DNA of 64,000 nucleotides from Stramenopiles sp. TOSAG23-3 (GCA_900128585.1 LT642146.1:1-64000); one strand, 5' to 3'. Shown: positions 50,018 to 63,523, numbered from the stretch's first letter. Notes: generated by a model not told the origin, from the letters alone. Program-made: numbers and translations.

Positions 50018-51022
50018 TTAAATGATCTGCAACGCTTTCCTTTTCCAAGACCCATTGTTGTAGATCTTTCGATATCTTGAGTAGAGGGTTGCAATCGATG
50101 ACACGAAGAGGGCATGTGCAGCATTCACTTCTTTCTGCGTTGGGTTGGCGGTTTGTTTCCATCGCAGCGGTCTACCGACCACGTACAACAGTGGCAGCAA
50201 GTTTGGAAAAAAGGGAAGAAGAAATCGCCCATAAAAGGGTGTAAAAGAAATCTGCAAGCGCCTTGAGACGGATTCCAGGTACTTGAAACCGGGAATCAAA
50301 TTGAACGTTCCGCTGTTTCCAAAAATATAAATGGGTACTACTGCTGCACCGTTTTCTATGGCAAGTTTGATGAATGACTTTCGGTTATTCAAGAGCGCCA
50401 CTTCATCCTTTCCATCACTGTAAAACATTTCTCCTATCCCGCCCGGAATAATCATCAAATTCTGCTTTCGTCTCAGCGCGGACACAATGGAAGATTTGTC
50501 CGCGAGTATTGAGTCTGTCCCAAAAAGTAAGTCGCGAACGAACGGGACGTAAAACGCAGCCGCAACAGTCACAGTTCTAAGTTTGTCAAACACCATTGTA
50601 GATAGCGGTCCGACGAGTGACATTGCTTGGCCGAATGGGAAAATCCCATGTGGTACCTCTGCAACCATATACGGCGCAACGAGGTTTTGAAGCGCGTTGG
50701 CATCGTCCAATATCACCTGGATAGAGAAGTAGTTGTAAAAGTAACCCCACAGCTTCCAGACCCTGACGTTCATGCGCTTCGGCCACATAAGGTAGGCCAA
50801 GAACCCGCCGAACAAACATGTTTTTTTCGTATTCCACGTCGTGCGATTGTAAAAATAATACAAGAGTGCAACTAACCATACCGGGGACCCCAAGATGGTA
50901 AAGCTAGATGCCATCACCACGGCTTGGGACAGCAGCGATTGGGGACGGCCTCGAAAGAGAGTCAGCACCCTTGCGCCATGGGGGAGCTGCGAAGCCTTCA
51001 CGAGGTGGCTGCCTCTTTCCAT
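50018..51022 (-). CDS. DGAT2: Diacylglycerol/monoacylglycerol acyltransferase type 2 family
   Basis: Two N-terminal hydrophobic segments, PHGIFP, PGGIGE, RKSFIKLA, VPIYIFGN, VVGRP. Confidence 0.82.
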   Translation of the reverse strand: MERGSHLVKASQLPHGARVLTLFRGRPQSLLSQAVVMASSFTILGSPVWLVALLYYFYNRTTWNTKKTCLFGGFLAYLMWPKRMNVRVWKLWGYFYNYFSIQVILDDANALQNLVAPYMVAEVPHGIFPFGQAMSLVGPLSTMVFDKLRTVTVAAAFYVPFVRDLLFGTDSILADKSSIVSALRRKQNLMIIPGGIGEMFYSDGKDEVALLNNRKSFIKLAIENGAAVVPIYIFGNSGTFNLIPGFKYLESVSRRLQISFTPFYGRFLLPFFPNLLPLLYVVGRPLRWKQTANPTQKEVNAAHALFVSSIATLYSRYRKIYNNGSWKRKALQII

Positions 51023-52149
51023 TTTCCTCGTAAAAAAGAATGTGTGGACTAGGTCCCAGAATGTAACAGACGAAGGAAAAACTGTTCTATCAGTCTCGTC
51101 TTTTTTTGCCGTACACTCTTGATAAATTTGTTCCCGGCATCAGAAGACACGAAGGTACACACTATCCCCCACCGAAGAAACCACCTTCTTTTTCGAATAA
51201 AGATTTATTTTTATGCAGGTAATTAGGACTAAAAGAAGAGATACCTATATTACATTTACATATAATAGCACAATAGCCGTAGAGAGTCATATTTGTTACA
51301 GGTTGGACGGACTTAAATGAGTCACAGAGAAACACAGAACCTTTCACGGAGTACCGTTTTAGACTACCTGCCCTTTCGCCTAGCAACGCATTGCGAGGAA
51401 AGTTCCAAGAAAGTGAATTTTTTTAATTTTTTTAGCTGTTTTTAGTTTTCAGCACCTTTTTTAGGCTTAAATAGCATGTATTCTATTTTAATTAATTATT
51501 TTATTATTTTTTTCATCATCAGTTAGGTGGTATTTCATGTATCAGTTACGTATAACTGAAGTTGCATATAGAGTTAGTGTTGTTATTCTTCTATTTATTA
51601 TTATTGTACAACAGGAGTACCACATTTTTTTAATTTTAATTAAATACATCAAAATAACAGGGGAATAAAACAACAATTTCTTCATTAACAACTGGTGAGT
51701 ACGCGGTGTTAATACTATGCTATACTTCTGTGTGCTCAAGTTTCCCTTTCTTCATTCTTTCTTGCCGTGACGCCCGTTCGTTACGCCGTGTTAGCGTAGT
51801 TAGTTGGGGAGGCGAGCAACGAAGAAAATTGAATCCACGAGACCGAATTCCAGTAAAGCGGTCAAGATAAAGTGTCGGTGTTAGACGCACGTTTGTACCA
51901 ATCGTCTGTCAAAGCGTTGGTGCAACACCGTGAGTGACGGAGCTTGCTCGGGAGGCTGTGTGTGTCGTAGGTTGGGGTGTTGGTAGATTTTTCGTGGTTC
52001 GGGAATACTTTAGTCGAAGGGAAATAGATATCCACATTTTTCGTGCTCTGTGGTCTGAACTATTTTGCCGTCCTAGATTAGTGACTTTTGTTTCCCCCTC
52101 CAGTTCTGCCGATTGTTAGCCCGGGTCGTCGTTATCGAGTCTAGGGACG

Positions 52150-53007
52150 ATGCTCCCCTATAATATGGTAACCCCGCACTCCAGCCCGGAGAAAGGGTTG
52201 GATCAGTCGTCGGTTATGTACCCGAGGAGTTCCGTAATGTACGCACGGAGCGCGAAGGCCCCGCCCCGCACGTGGACCCCCCCCTGCAACACATCACGGA
52301 CCCGAACCCCTGAAACGTCCCGCGCCCCCGCGAACAAGTATAGTCATAGTCGTGGTGGCAGCCTGGGCCGGGGGGGGTTGGGAATGAAGCGCAAGTGTGC
52401 CTCGGAGGGGTGCCTGTCGAGCAAGTGCTACATTCGTGAAATTAGCAAGGGTTTGGACAAGATGATCATCAAAGTGAAGACCCCGCCCCCAAGCCCCGAC
52501 AATTTCCCAATGGGGTGGTCGACGTCGAGCGGCGATTCGGACAACACGATGCAATGCTTCCCCCATTCGTTCATGAAGCACAAGAACAAACAGGGCACCT
52601 CGCCACCCTCCTCCCTGTCACATTTGCAAAGCAGGGACGCCATGATGCAGTTCCCAGAGACCAACTCCCCGCCGAAGCCAAACCCAAGCGGGACGGCGAT
52701 GTTTCACCATTCCCCCATCGCGAGTTACGGGAACAGCGCAAGCCCTGCCGCGAGCAACTGCAGCCGAACGCTGTGGAGCGTGCAGGAGGATGGGGACGAC
52801 GATGACGAGAATGGGTTTGTAATGGGTATGGACTATACCGTGACCGCAAGCCCTGTGAAGGGCCGGTTCGCTTCGGAAGCGTACCAGCACCAGCAGCACG
52901 ACGAGAAGTTCGTGCCAAAACGCGTGATTCAGCTGCGTGGCGAGAACGGCATTAGAGCCGGTATGTTCGTCCGGGACGCCGTTTTTTTTAAACGGTCTGG
53001 AAAGTAG
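52150..53007 (+). CDS. Hypothetical Ser/Pro-rich, largely disordered protein
   Basis: GC-rich ATG-initiated ORF of 285 aa flanked by AT-rich DNA. No family recognised. Confidence 0.7.
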   Translation: MLPYNMVTPHSSPEKGLDQSSVMYPRSSVMYARSAKAPPRTWTPPCNTSRTRTPETSRAPANKYSHSRGGSLGRGGLGMKRKCASEGCLSSKCYIREISKGLDKMIIKVKTPPPSPDNFPMGWSTSSGDSDNTMQCFPHSFMKHKNKQGTSPPSSLSHLQSRDAMMQFPETNSPPKPNPSGTAMFHHSPIASYGNSASPAASNCSRTLWSVQEDGDDDDENGFVMGMDYTVTASPVKGRFASEAYQHQQHDEKFVPKRVIQLRGENGIRAGMFVRDAVFFKRSGK

Positions 53008-55289
53008 AGAACTTGTTAAAATAAAAAGTTTCCATGTGGTTAATCTTGAAGTTGTTGTGAAAAGTGTCTAATATTTTTTATGAAATAACATAACAATAGA
53101 ATGAATTCCAAGCTGCAGTTCGTTGTATTTTGTAGTAAGTACGTATAGTAAAATAAACAACACCACTGGAAATACAGGGAGGGGGTATAGTCGTTCTATA
53201 TTTCCACTAAAAAAATGAATTAAATTATCAAGACAAGACTATAGCGAGACGAGACCGAGTAAGAAAGAAGTAAGAGCTGTACAAAATAGTTTAATATAGT
53301 CGTCTAGCTACAGCAGGTATAATAAATATATGCTATATTGTAATACCCAATATTATACCGGTGGTATAAGTATTTCTACTATATAATGTACAATAATAAA
53401 AATAATAAGAAATAAGAGGAAAGAGAGGGCAAAAGTGAAAAAAAATAACAACAATCATCCAGTTTAGTTGTTAGAGTAGAGACGTACGTACGTATTATTT
53501 AATACATTTTAATAGTCTAGTCGTCTAGACCTACCATACAGTAGTAGTCGCTTGAACAAATAAATAAATAAAATATGGAAAAGTGGGAAGAAGCAGAGAA
53601 GAGAAGTCTCTTTCTTTGTCCACTATTGTACTGTAGCACAGCACAGTCCAGTCCGATTGAAGAAAGACGAATTTTTGTTTTTTGTGTTTAATTATTTTGT
53701 GTTTATTAATTTTGTTTTAAAGCTGAAGGCTGAAGGCCATTTATTTAGCGTTAGTCTTGCTGAATCTAATATAATAGGTAAATAATAATTACAATATACA
53801 AATAAAGTACAAAATCAGATTTTAACAAAGGAAAAAGTATTATTGTAATTATTTTAAGAGAACAAAGAACAAAACAGCACTGAAGAATTTTTTTATCAAT
53901 CTTCCGAGAACACATAGCAGGCTATGTGGCTAGGCTTCTAGCCTATATAAATCATTATACTACAAGTACACTTTAGTACAGGAATTGTTTCTAGAATTTG
54001 AAATGATGCAATAAATATATCCAATAGTATGCAATGCAATATATTATTAAAATGCCAAAAAATTAAATTTTACAACACGACCACAGCAAAAACAACGACA
54101 AAAATTCTTCAAATAAAAATTCTTCTAAATGATTAAGAACGAACAACAGCCGCACAACATCGTAATTTCACTTTAATTTACTACCAACCACCCGTTTTCT
54201 ACTACATAATGTTAATATTAGGGTATATTATTTGATAGGAAGAAAAAGTCCAATCTCTACTATTTAAACAGTAATATATGTACCGAACCACCGTTCTCTT
54301 CCTACAAGCTGAACTAGCGACTAATTAAATTAAATTAAATTAAATGTTAATTGCCTCCCTCCCTCCCTCAGCCTTTGTTTTCTTTCTATTGCACATTATT
54401 CTATCTATAAGCTTATCTCTATTTAAAATAGTTCTATAATTTAAAAGAAAGCTTAAGTACGCCTTTTAGTTCTTTCTTCCTTTTAAAAGCTATCCTATCC
54501 AAATCCAATATCCTAATTTAAATACGTACTACAATTACTTAATTACTCAATTACCTATCATAATGCTTAGTCTACGACGTAGTCGTCCAGCGGTGATGGA
54601 TGAGTGATGAGTTTCGGAAGCTTCTCTAATATTGTAATCTAATTAATATCATACCTATATATAATTGTAGTTATATATAATTCGATTCTTATTTTAGATG
54701 AAAGAAATAAGATTTCGATTCAATGACTGCCAAATGCCAAATAATGCCAATTTCAAAAATAAAAAAAGGATGAAATATTAATTAAATAGGTTTTAAATTA
54801 CTATTAGTATACTATTTATAATTAGTTAAGTATATTTATTAAAAGAAAGAATTCAAACAATATAGAAATACCATTAAAAAAAAAGAAAATAATGTAAAAT
54901 GAAGGAGAGCGCCACCGACCATCCTTCTTCTCTTTCTTTCCTTCCTTCCTTCCTTCCTTCCCTCCCCTTCCCTATTATTCCTTCCTTATTTCTCAATTTA
55001 ATTACTACTACCATATCGGTAATACCAGTCAATGCTAGTCTTCGTATATATATTTAAAAAAATAGAAAGAAAGAATTAACAACAAATATTCAAAGTATCT
55101 TTTTGACAAACCGACTCACGCGAGGGAACCTTTTGTATGTGAAGACGAAGGAAAGATGGAATGAACAAATGGAAACCGTTCCGAAACGAAAGCGGAAGGA
55201 AGAATCAACCAACCTATAGTAAAGACAGATAAAGATCGAACTTTATTATTTTTTATTTGTAAAACAAACCCAACACATTCACCACCACC

Positions 55290-56900
55290 ATGTCCCTTGT
55301 TTTCGATGAGTTCGGGCGCCCGTTCATTATTATGCGTGACCAGGGAAAACAAGCCCGTTTGAAAGGTTTGGAAGCGCAGAAGGCGAACATCCTTGCCGCC
55401 CGCTGCGTCTCTATGATCCTTCGCAGTTCCCTCGGCCCGAAAGGGATGGACAAGATGATGGTCGACCAAGACGGGGAAGTCACCGTCACCAACGACGGGG
55501 CCACTATTTTGCAGAAGATGGACGTAGAGCACGAAATTGCCAGGCTTATGGTCGAACTTTCCACATCGCAGGACGACCAGATCGGGGACGGGACCACTGG
55601 CGTTGTCGTCCTGGCGGGAGCGTTGCTAGAGCAAGCCGAATACCTGCTAGACAAGGGCCTCCACCCCGTCCGCATCGCGGACGGCTTCGACGCCGCGTGC
55701 GAAGACGTCGTAAAGCACCTTGCCAGCATCTCCGACATCGTAGAGTGGGACGCCGACAACACCCAGCCGCTCTTGGACACGGCCAACACCACGCTCGGTT
55801 CCAAAATCGTCAACCGGTACCGCACGCAGATGGCTAAGATCGCGACCGATGCCGTGCTTTCGGTGGCAGACTTAGAAAGGAAGGATGTGAACTTTGATCT
55901 TATCAAAATGGAAGGCAAGGTCGGGGGGACCTTGGAGGACACGCAGTTGGTGCATGGGATTTGCATCGACAAAGAAATCTCCCACCCGCAGATGGACAAG
56001 GAAATCACGGACGCGAAAATAGCGATATTGACGTGCCCGTTCGAGCCGCCGAAACCAAAGACCAAGCACAAGCTTGATATCAAAACCGCGGAGGCGTACA
56101 CCAAGCTCGCCGAAGCCGAGGCGAAGTATTTCACCGACATGGTGGGCAAGGTCAAGGACAGCGGCGCCAACATGGTCATCTGCCAGTGGGGGTTCGACGA
56201 CGAAGCCAACCACTTGCTGTTGCAAAACAAACTCCCCGCCGTGCGATGGGTAGGGGGCGTGGAACTTGAGCTGATTGCCGTCGCCACCGGCGGCCGCATC
56301 GTCCCTCGTTTCGAAGAGCTTACGCCGGAAAAGCTGGGATCGGCCGGAATAGTACGCGAAGAGTGCTTCGGCACCACCAAGGACCGCATGTTATTTATTG
56401 AAAAGTGTGAAAACTCCAAGGCCGTCTCCGTACTCGTTCGTGGGGGAAACAAAATGGTCGTCGAAGAGGGAAAGCGCAGTCTGCACGACGCCATGTGCGT
56501 TGTTCGTAACTTGATCGTCGACAACCGCATCGTTTACGGTGGAGGCAGCGCCGAAATCGCGTGCTCCTTGAGGGTCCACGAGCTTGCCGATAGTGTTGGC
56601 GGGATCGAGCAGTACGCCATTCGCGCGTTCGCCGACGCGTTGGACGACATCCCAATGGCCCTGGCAGAGAACAGTGGGCTCTCCCCAATCACTTCGTTGT
56701 CCAAAGTTAAATCCAAACAAATTCGTGAAAAGAATCCATTCCTAGGCATCGATTGCTTGAACAAAGGCACAAACGATATGAAGGTCCAACGTGTTTACGA
56801 AACGTTGATAGGTAAGCAACAACAGGTAATGTTGGCGACGCAAATTGTTAAGATGATTTTGAAAATTGATGACGTTATCATGAACGGTGCCTACGCATAA
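55290..56900 (+). CDS. CCT5: T-complex protein 1 subunit epsilon
   Basis: [57 protein letters not shown]. Confidence 0.98.
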   Translation: MSLVFDEFGRPFIIMRDQGKQARLKGLEAQKANILAARCVSMILRSSLGPKGMDKMMVDQDGEVTVTNDGATILQKMDVEHEIARLMVELSTSQDDQIGDGTTGVVVLAGALLEQAEYLLDKGLHPVRIADGFDAACEDVVKHLASISDIVEWDADNTQPLLDTANTTLGSKIVNRYRTQMAKIATDAVLSVADLERKDVNFDLIKMEGKVGGTLEDTQLVHGICIDKEISHPQMDKEITDAKIAILTCPFEPPKPKTKHKLDIKTAEAYTKLAEAEAKYFTDMVGKVKDSGANMVICQWGFDDEANHLLLQNKLPAVRWVGGVELELIAVATGGRIVPRFEELTPEKLGSAGIVREECFGTTKDRMLFIEKCENSKAVSVLVRGGNKMVVEEGKRSLHDAMCVVRNLIVDNRIVYGGGSAEIACSLRVHELADSVGGIEQYAIRAFADALDDIPMALAENSGLSPITSLSKVKSKQIREKNPFLGIDCLNKGTNDMKVQRVYETLIGKQQQVMLATQIVKMILKIDDVIMNGAYA

Positions 56901-57118
56901 GAAAAAAACTAGGTGTTTTTCAAAAAAAATGTTAAAAAAAAAACATATGTTGTTGCGACCGCACGCGTATCAGGATTTCAAGATTGATCAAGGCACATAA
57001 AAATATTCAAAAAGTTAAATTAAGAGTAATTCTTATCATACTTTCTTAATACTAAAAGTACATTAAGAACGTACACACATTTCTTCTAAAACATATGTTA
57101 ACTTATCCATATTTAAAA

Positions 57119-57204
57119 ATGGACGAAAGGAGCAGATTCATTTTCGCGGTACATGAGGAAGATAAATTTTAATTTTATATGGCATCGCCAATTTGTTGTT
57201 TTTA
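57119..57204 (-). repeat. Dispersed repeat family, cluster 3 (inverted copy)
   Basis: atggacgaaaggagcagattcattttcgcggtacatgaggaagataaatttt...gccaatttgttgtttt is the reverse complement of the 42051-42180 unit. Confidence 0.85.
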
Positions 57205-57250
57205 ATTTTTAAATTTAATCATGCTGATCGTATTTTGTTCAGCGCACAAG

Positions 57251-59904
57251 TTAAAAAGCCTTTACTTTCTTCTTCCGTCTCCCCGCCTTCATGCCGCCTC
57301 CATGGCCCGTCCCATCCTTGACTGCCTGCTTGAAGCCTGCCTGTTGCTTGTCCAAGAAATCGATAACGCTGTTGTACTTCTTCTTCGTCTCTTCTTCCCA
57401 TTCCAAATCTTTTTGGTGGGCTTCACGGGCAATGTATAGGGCGTCCTTCCTGATCTCGCGCGCGGCGCCTTTACGCTCTCGGGCAATTTGTTTCTTCAAC
57501 TTCTTGATCTCGGCACGCTCTTTATTTGGATCGTTGTCCTTTCTCACTATGTACTCTTCGTCGAACATCGGGCGGTATTGCACAATTGCCTTCGGGCGTT
57601 GCACCTCTTTTTGCATGAGCAGCGGCGCTCGGGATTTCAACGACGCCGAGAGGCACATAGACAGTTTACCCCCCAGCGTCTCTTCCAGCTGAGACAGGGC
57701 GTCCGGGTATTTTCCAACCTTTTTCCCCATGTCCTTCGGCAGTTTCAACACGTGCCCGACCACCGGGCTTAAATTCGAAAACATCTCTGGCAACGCGGAG
57801 TTCGAGCCGTACATAGTCAGCGCAGTGGTGAGCAGGGAGAGCGTCGCGCCGATGGTCCCGCAACAGATGGCCGAACTGGAGACTTTTTTCTCCGTAGATC
57901 GAAAGAAGCACCTCAGCGACACCTGCACAGGCGTATTGATCCCTGATCTTGACCGCCCCCCCCCCCCTTTTGGAACGCTTTTTTACGCAACCAGCCCAAG
58001 TGCGCGGCGGCAAGCGGCGGGCAGCGGGCCAGGATATTATTTACATTTAGCAATACGGAATCGTCCGCTTTGCTCTTCTTTGCGTCGATACACAGTCGCG
58101 CCACGGTGGCAGACAGAAAATTGATTGCCTCGGGAGCCAGGCGACGCGCGCTCTCACCAAAGTACATTTGCAGCCCTGAAAGGAATATGCCCGCAGCGAG
58201 GTCTTTGGGGCCGCGCACGGGACACTGCGTGAGCAGCTGGCCAAACAGAAGAACCGCGGGGGTGGTTATAGGGTGACGAAAATCAGACACTGGGAAGAGG
58301 ACGCCCAGCATTTTCAAAGCGAGCAACTCGCCACCGCTCGGCCAACAGCGCAGCCTTACGTCCTTTTCGCCATAATCTCCCCCTCCCCCCTGGGCGGCGA
58401 ATTTTCTGGCGCGGGTTACGTGCACCGTCGCACGTTTCTGGATAAGCTCCAGCATGTCGCGGTACGCGTTAACGCACACGACCGGTGAATCTTGCAGCAG
58501 TTTGTACATGACAACGCACAACTTGTCAAAGTAGTCCTTCCCCGCGGCCGGGAAGGCCTTCATCTTCGTGACGTAGGCAAGCAGGAGCGTAAAGAGCTTC
58601 CCGAGCTTTCCTCGGTTTTCGGCCCTCAGGTGAATGGAGGTCAGTTTATGAATGCGCGAGAACACAAGGAAAAGTTTCTCCCCAGTGCCTTCCCTGTTTG
58701 GGGGGCACCATCGGTTGATCACTCGGTCCAGTCTTTCCAGCGTCGCGGGGCATTCCAGCACGTACGGAAGCTCCTCGGCAGGGTCGTACTCCCCGGCGTC
58801 CTCTTCCCGCTCGATTTCCTTGCGGATCTCCTCGTCTTCCTTTTCGCTGTCAAACCCTTCGTCGGACGACGCGTCTTCCCCCTTCAAGTCATCGTTGTCC
58901 ACCGCATAGTTTACCCCCAAATCATCGCCCCGCATAGGCTTCGCAGAAGCCGTTTCGTCCCCATCTTCGGACATTCGCTTCAACCTCGCGGCCTCCATTT
59001 TTTCAAGGCGCTCCTTTTCCTCTTTCGCTTTCTCTTCCTCCGTTTTCATGCGATCGCTGGCGGCGGCTCGCGCGTCAAAGACCAGGCCTCGGCGAATTTC
59101 GTCGTACTCCGAGTATGCATCTTTTTCCTCCGGTTCTCGCTTTCGCTTTTTCCCATCCTTGTTCGCCAATCGCGCAAACATTTCCTGGCGCTCTTGCTCC
59201 TTGGTTGGCCGAAAGTCCAAAAGGCCGCGAATGCCATCCAGCTGGTCGTCGAGAGACTCCATTTCCCGCTCGTCGTGCGCCTTTTGGCGAGCCCGCTCGG
59301 CCCTGTACTTCTTGCTTTTCGCGATAAGCTCTGCGTAAATTTCCTCCTTCGTTTTCATGGAGCCGTCCGGCCTGAGCTTTTCAGAGCCACCCCCGAAGTG
59401 CAGCTGCTCCACCACTTCTGCGCTGAGGCCCGCGTCGTCCTCGTCGCTATCGTCCTGCCCAAGGCCGCCGCTGAGCATTCCGCCGGCGAGGGGCTTTCCT
59501 TTGTGGGTGAGCTGCGTGCCGTCATTGGCATCGTCGTAGTCGTCCCGAAGGTTGAACTTGTTCCCTTTGAACCTTTGCTTTTGCAGCTTGATGAACCTGG
59601 CCAGGTCCTTTTCCTCCTGGGTGACGTCCTTTCTATCTTCCCCGAACCGCTTGTCCACGAACTGGTTGACCTTTCCTCGTTGTTTCATCTCTTCCAGGAG
59701 CGTCTCATCTCTAGATTTTTTCTCCCTCGTCCTCGCCTCGGACACGTTCCTCTTCGAGCCTTTAATTTTACGCCCAAGGACGTCCTGCTTCGATCGTTTG
59801 TTATTCTGAATGTCGAATGGGTTCGCCTTTGCTTTAGCAAACGCATCGAACTTCTTCCCAGCCGACGAAGGGTTGTACGACTTTGCCCTCTTCTTCTTTC
59901 CCAT
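57251..59904 (-). CDS. NOP14: Nucleolar protein 14, frameshifted at a 12-nt homopolymer (57956-57967)
   Basis: NPFD, FVDKRFGE, QLTHKG, HFGGG, ELIAKSK, FPVSDFRHPITTPA in frame 1. KKQIARERKGAAREIRKD in frame 2. Confidence 0.9.
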
Positions 59905-60235
59905 CGTGGTGTTGGTGTTGGTGGTGGTTCTGGTCGGTTTTACGTTCGGCAGCGCTTCGTACGAGAAGATAATCCAGACTCTTTCTGCCTCTTGCTATTT
60001 TTCTGTTTATAATTTCTATATTTGTTAAGAGCTCCAACTCACACATTAAAATTATCTTCGTCGATTTTTTAACCTAATAACCTCTTCTTTTCTTTCATTC
60101 ATATTTATTGGCTCATAATAAAATAATAATAATACGATGTGCAATTATTATAAAAAAAAATACCCGCCGGTAGTACATTATACACCGTACAGTATTGAGT
60201 TCATAAAGTAGAGTATTTTTATTATCATTCATTTT

Positions 60236-60486
60236 TTTGTTGTTGTTGTTGGTTGTGTGTTGTTGTTGTGTGATGATGAGGAGTGTCTTTTTCTTTTTCT
60301 TCTTCTCTCCTCTCTCTCTCTCTCTCTCCTCCTCCTCCTATTTTATTATTAATAATAATATTTCTTTCTTCTATTTCTCTTTTTCTTTCTTCTTTCTTCT
60401 TTTGTCTTTCTTCTTCTTTTGTCTTTCTTCTTTCTTTCTTCTTTCTTCTTTCTTTTTTTCTTTTTTTTCGCACACTTTTTTTTTTT
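60236..60486. repeat. Low-complexity T/C-rich tract
   Basis: (tgt)n, (ct)n, (ttc)n and poly-T runs. Confidence 0.85.
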
Positions 60487-61124
60487 AAGATATAAATAAC
60501 AACAGACATTCGGTACGGTATCTGGTATAATAAAATACCTCTCTCCGTGGTACTACGCACTACGTAATATATAGTCTAGTCTAATAATAGTATTATATAC
60601 ATATTTTTATCATCGTCTTCTCGTTCTTCGATTATTTATATAAAAAATAATATTGTGGACATGAATTCGGGTTATTAAAATATTCAAGCTTAGCTTAAAA
60701 ATGGATTAAATGGACAATAATAAAAAGTAATATTTATTCCATCCATCATACGGTAGAAGATTGAATCGGCCGCCGGGGAGACGGGGAGAGTATTTATATT
60801 TATATTTTATATACCGACACCGTACGATAATAAAGACGACTAATTAGGAGATAGGGTTAACAGCAGCTACTATGGTTGGTTATTAGAAGAAAAAAAAAAT
60901 TAAAAAAATAATTATTATTATTATTATTCTTCCCATATTTTTTATTTATACAATGTATTACATATATATAACTAGATTTGTTTCATAGAAAAATAATCCA
61001 CACACGCCAACACGAGAGTTATCTGCATAGAAAATGAACGGGCGTATGATAACATTCGAAAAGAGACGCGAATCATAGTGTATATAATATACTTTGAAAA
61101 GTGTTTGTTTGTTTGTTTGCCACC

Positions 61125-63523
61125 ATGGAGTTCCCAGTTACTTTAGGCAAGGAAAAGTGGTCCCAGCGGCAGCTAAAAGCGTATGAGGTGCAGCAGCGGC
61201 AAAAACTAAGTTGGAAGAAGAAAAAGCGAAAGTATGTCCCGGACGGTACCACGAAACAGGAAAAGAATCAGAAACGGCGCATTAAGACCAAAGAAAAGCT
61301 GAAGAAACAGCGGATGTTGCAAACGTACGACCGGCGTGTACAAGGTTTGGACAGGTTTGGCGACGAAGAGGACGAAGTTGCCGTGAACAAACTGTGGGTC
61401 GACTTTTACAAGGCGCAAAAGCTAACTCGGTCTCCAGCTGAGTTCAAAGAGTTCATAAGGGCCATGTCAACGCCATTGCCCGTCACGTTCCGGGTTGAAG
61501 ACATTTGCCCGGTGTACCTAGGAGCAAAGACGCGCATGGACTCGGACGAGTTTCAGTTCAAAGGGTCGTTTATCGAAGCCTCGGGGCGCGTCCTTAAGAC
61601 GATCGTGGAGCCTCTCCGTATTGTACAAAATTCATGGAAAATCAATGCCGATCGGTCAGGGCTTCAACGGACGGAATCGTTGAGGCCGCTGTACAAGTTT
61701 GTCACCCGAGAAATGCGGCTGGGGCATATTTCAAGGCAAGAAGAAGCCAGCATGGTCCCAGTGCACGTCTTGGAACGCATTATGGCGACGGAGAAGGCGG
61801 CGGCGAAAGCGCCCATGATTCTGGACATGTGCTGCTGCCCCGGGTCGAAGTCTCGCCAAATGCTATCCGTTTTGCGCAGCAGCCTGAAGGGGAAGGGGTG
61901 CCTGGTAGCGAACGATTCCGACGCGAAGCGTATAGTAAACATGGTGAAGCAAATGGAGCGCATGGGTTCCGAGAACCTTTTGGTGACCTGTGAACGCGGG
62001 GAAGATTTGCTGGGGAAGAGGACGTGCCCTGCACTGGCGACGGGACATTTCGCAAAGCCCCGGCCTTGTGGCCGAAATGGCACCCTGCAAACGGGCTTGC
62101 GATGCACCGGCTGCAGCTCCAGATTGCTCTCCATGGGTATTCCTTAGTCAAGCCAGGGGGCGTCTTCGTGTACTCTACCTGCTCCTTGAACCCTTTGGAA
62201 AACGAAGCCGTCGTTGCTACGATAATCGAGGAGACCTCGTTTGGTTGCGATTTGTTGTCGGTGAAGGACTTGCTTCAAAATAGCGTGTTGACGGAGGACG
62301 GGGTGACCGACTGGGTGTTGGACGGAAAAGAGTGGGGGGATGAAAAATCGCACCACAGTATTCTGCCGCCGTCTCAGCGCGGCCTCTCCTCCAAGAGGCG
62401 CGCGCGACTAGACAAGCGGCTTAGGAAGACGGCTCGTTTGATGCCGCACAAGAGCGGCACAGGGGGCTTCTACATTGCCGTGTTTCGGAAAACAAAACCC
62501 TGGTCCATGGGTGCGGCAAGTGCAGCCGGTGAAAGTGGCGCGTCGAGTGCGTGCCAAGAGCTGGACGAGGCCAGCGCATTGAATTTACTAAAGAATAGAA
62601 TGGGATTCAAAGCGACGTCGTCTTCGGAAGCGAAAAGCGGCATTTGCCTGTACCCAGTTGATGGCAAAGAATTGAAAATGTTAAGGCGCAAATTCGATTT
62701 CGCGAGCGTGGGCACCGAGGAAGGGAGGGCTTTGGTCACCACCAATCCACAGTCCCGCAGAGAGAACTTTGAAGAAGATGACAAACCGTTCAACATGGTC
62801 TCGCAGGCCGCCAACAAACTCTTGGGCACGCTTCTGTCGAGCGAGGTTGCAGTAATTCACGCAGGGGTGTCTGTGCTTACGCGGCAGGCCCCCAACGATT
62901 ACGACCATGGTGACTCAACGAGCGCGTTCTATGAAGCCAGCGAATATTGCCTTGTGCCCGACGGCATATGCCCATTTTTACCAGAAATTAATGCCCGGAA
63001 AATGTTAGTGTCTTTGCGTGATTTTGCGTTGCTGATTCATTTGCAGCTAAACGATTCCGGTTCCTCTGGCCTATCGGCAAAAACGTTGGGAGGCACTTTG
63101 TCGTCAAACCTTTTTGAGCTATTGTTATCTGTTTCGCCCGGCTCGTCCATTGCGGTGTATTTGGACCCAGAACTTTTTGTTAAAAAGGAGATCGCGGGCG
63201 ACGCGGTGCTTGCTTCGTCCGCAGGCAACAGCACTGGAGGAAAAAAACGCGTACGACGACGGAAAGTAAAACGTGGATCCGTGGCAAAGAATGCCGGTAG
63301 TTCGGGAAGCAATGTGCCAGAAACACTCCACGAAGTGAAGAAAGGCCCATACCAACCCATGGGCATCGTCCTATTTTCATTGGGCGAATCGTTTCACGTC
63401 CTGACACAACAAGATCGACTCGAGAGTTACCAGGACTACATCACTTCCTGTTTAGAAAACCCCTTTGCAGGAGATGAAGAGGATGATAGCGAGGATGAAA
63501 GCAGTCAGGAAGATGGCGATTAA
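61125..63523 (+). CDS. NOL1/NOP2/Sun-family RNA m5C methyltransferase (NSUN2/Trm4-like), frame break near 62018-62021
   Basis: PLPVTFR, GHISRQEEASMVP, LDMCCCPGSKS, VAND in frame 1. DVPCTGDGTFRK, YSTCSLNPLENEAVV, TGGFYIA in frame 2. ATG at 61125 in gccaccATGg context. Confidence 0.88.

Noticed and set aside
53008-55289. Centromere or origin in the 2.3-kb AT-rich spacer
   Set aside because: Composition is like the other spacers and there is no specific signature.
55253-56530. 425-aa minus-strand ORF
   Set aside because: Antisense shadow of GC-rich, codon-biased CCT5.
57121-57128. Hammerhead ribozyme in the dispersed repeat (GGACGAAA)
   Set aside because: No upstream CUGANGA core, and the other copies read GGACAAAA.
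57956-57967. Programmed frameshift in NOP14
   Set aside because: The break is in a 12-nt G/C homopolymer, and 13 or 10 G would restore the frame. A homopolymer length error is far more parsimonious.
58492-60012. 506-aa plus-strand ORF
   Set aside because: Antisense shadow of NOP14 with no recognisable protein features.
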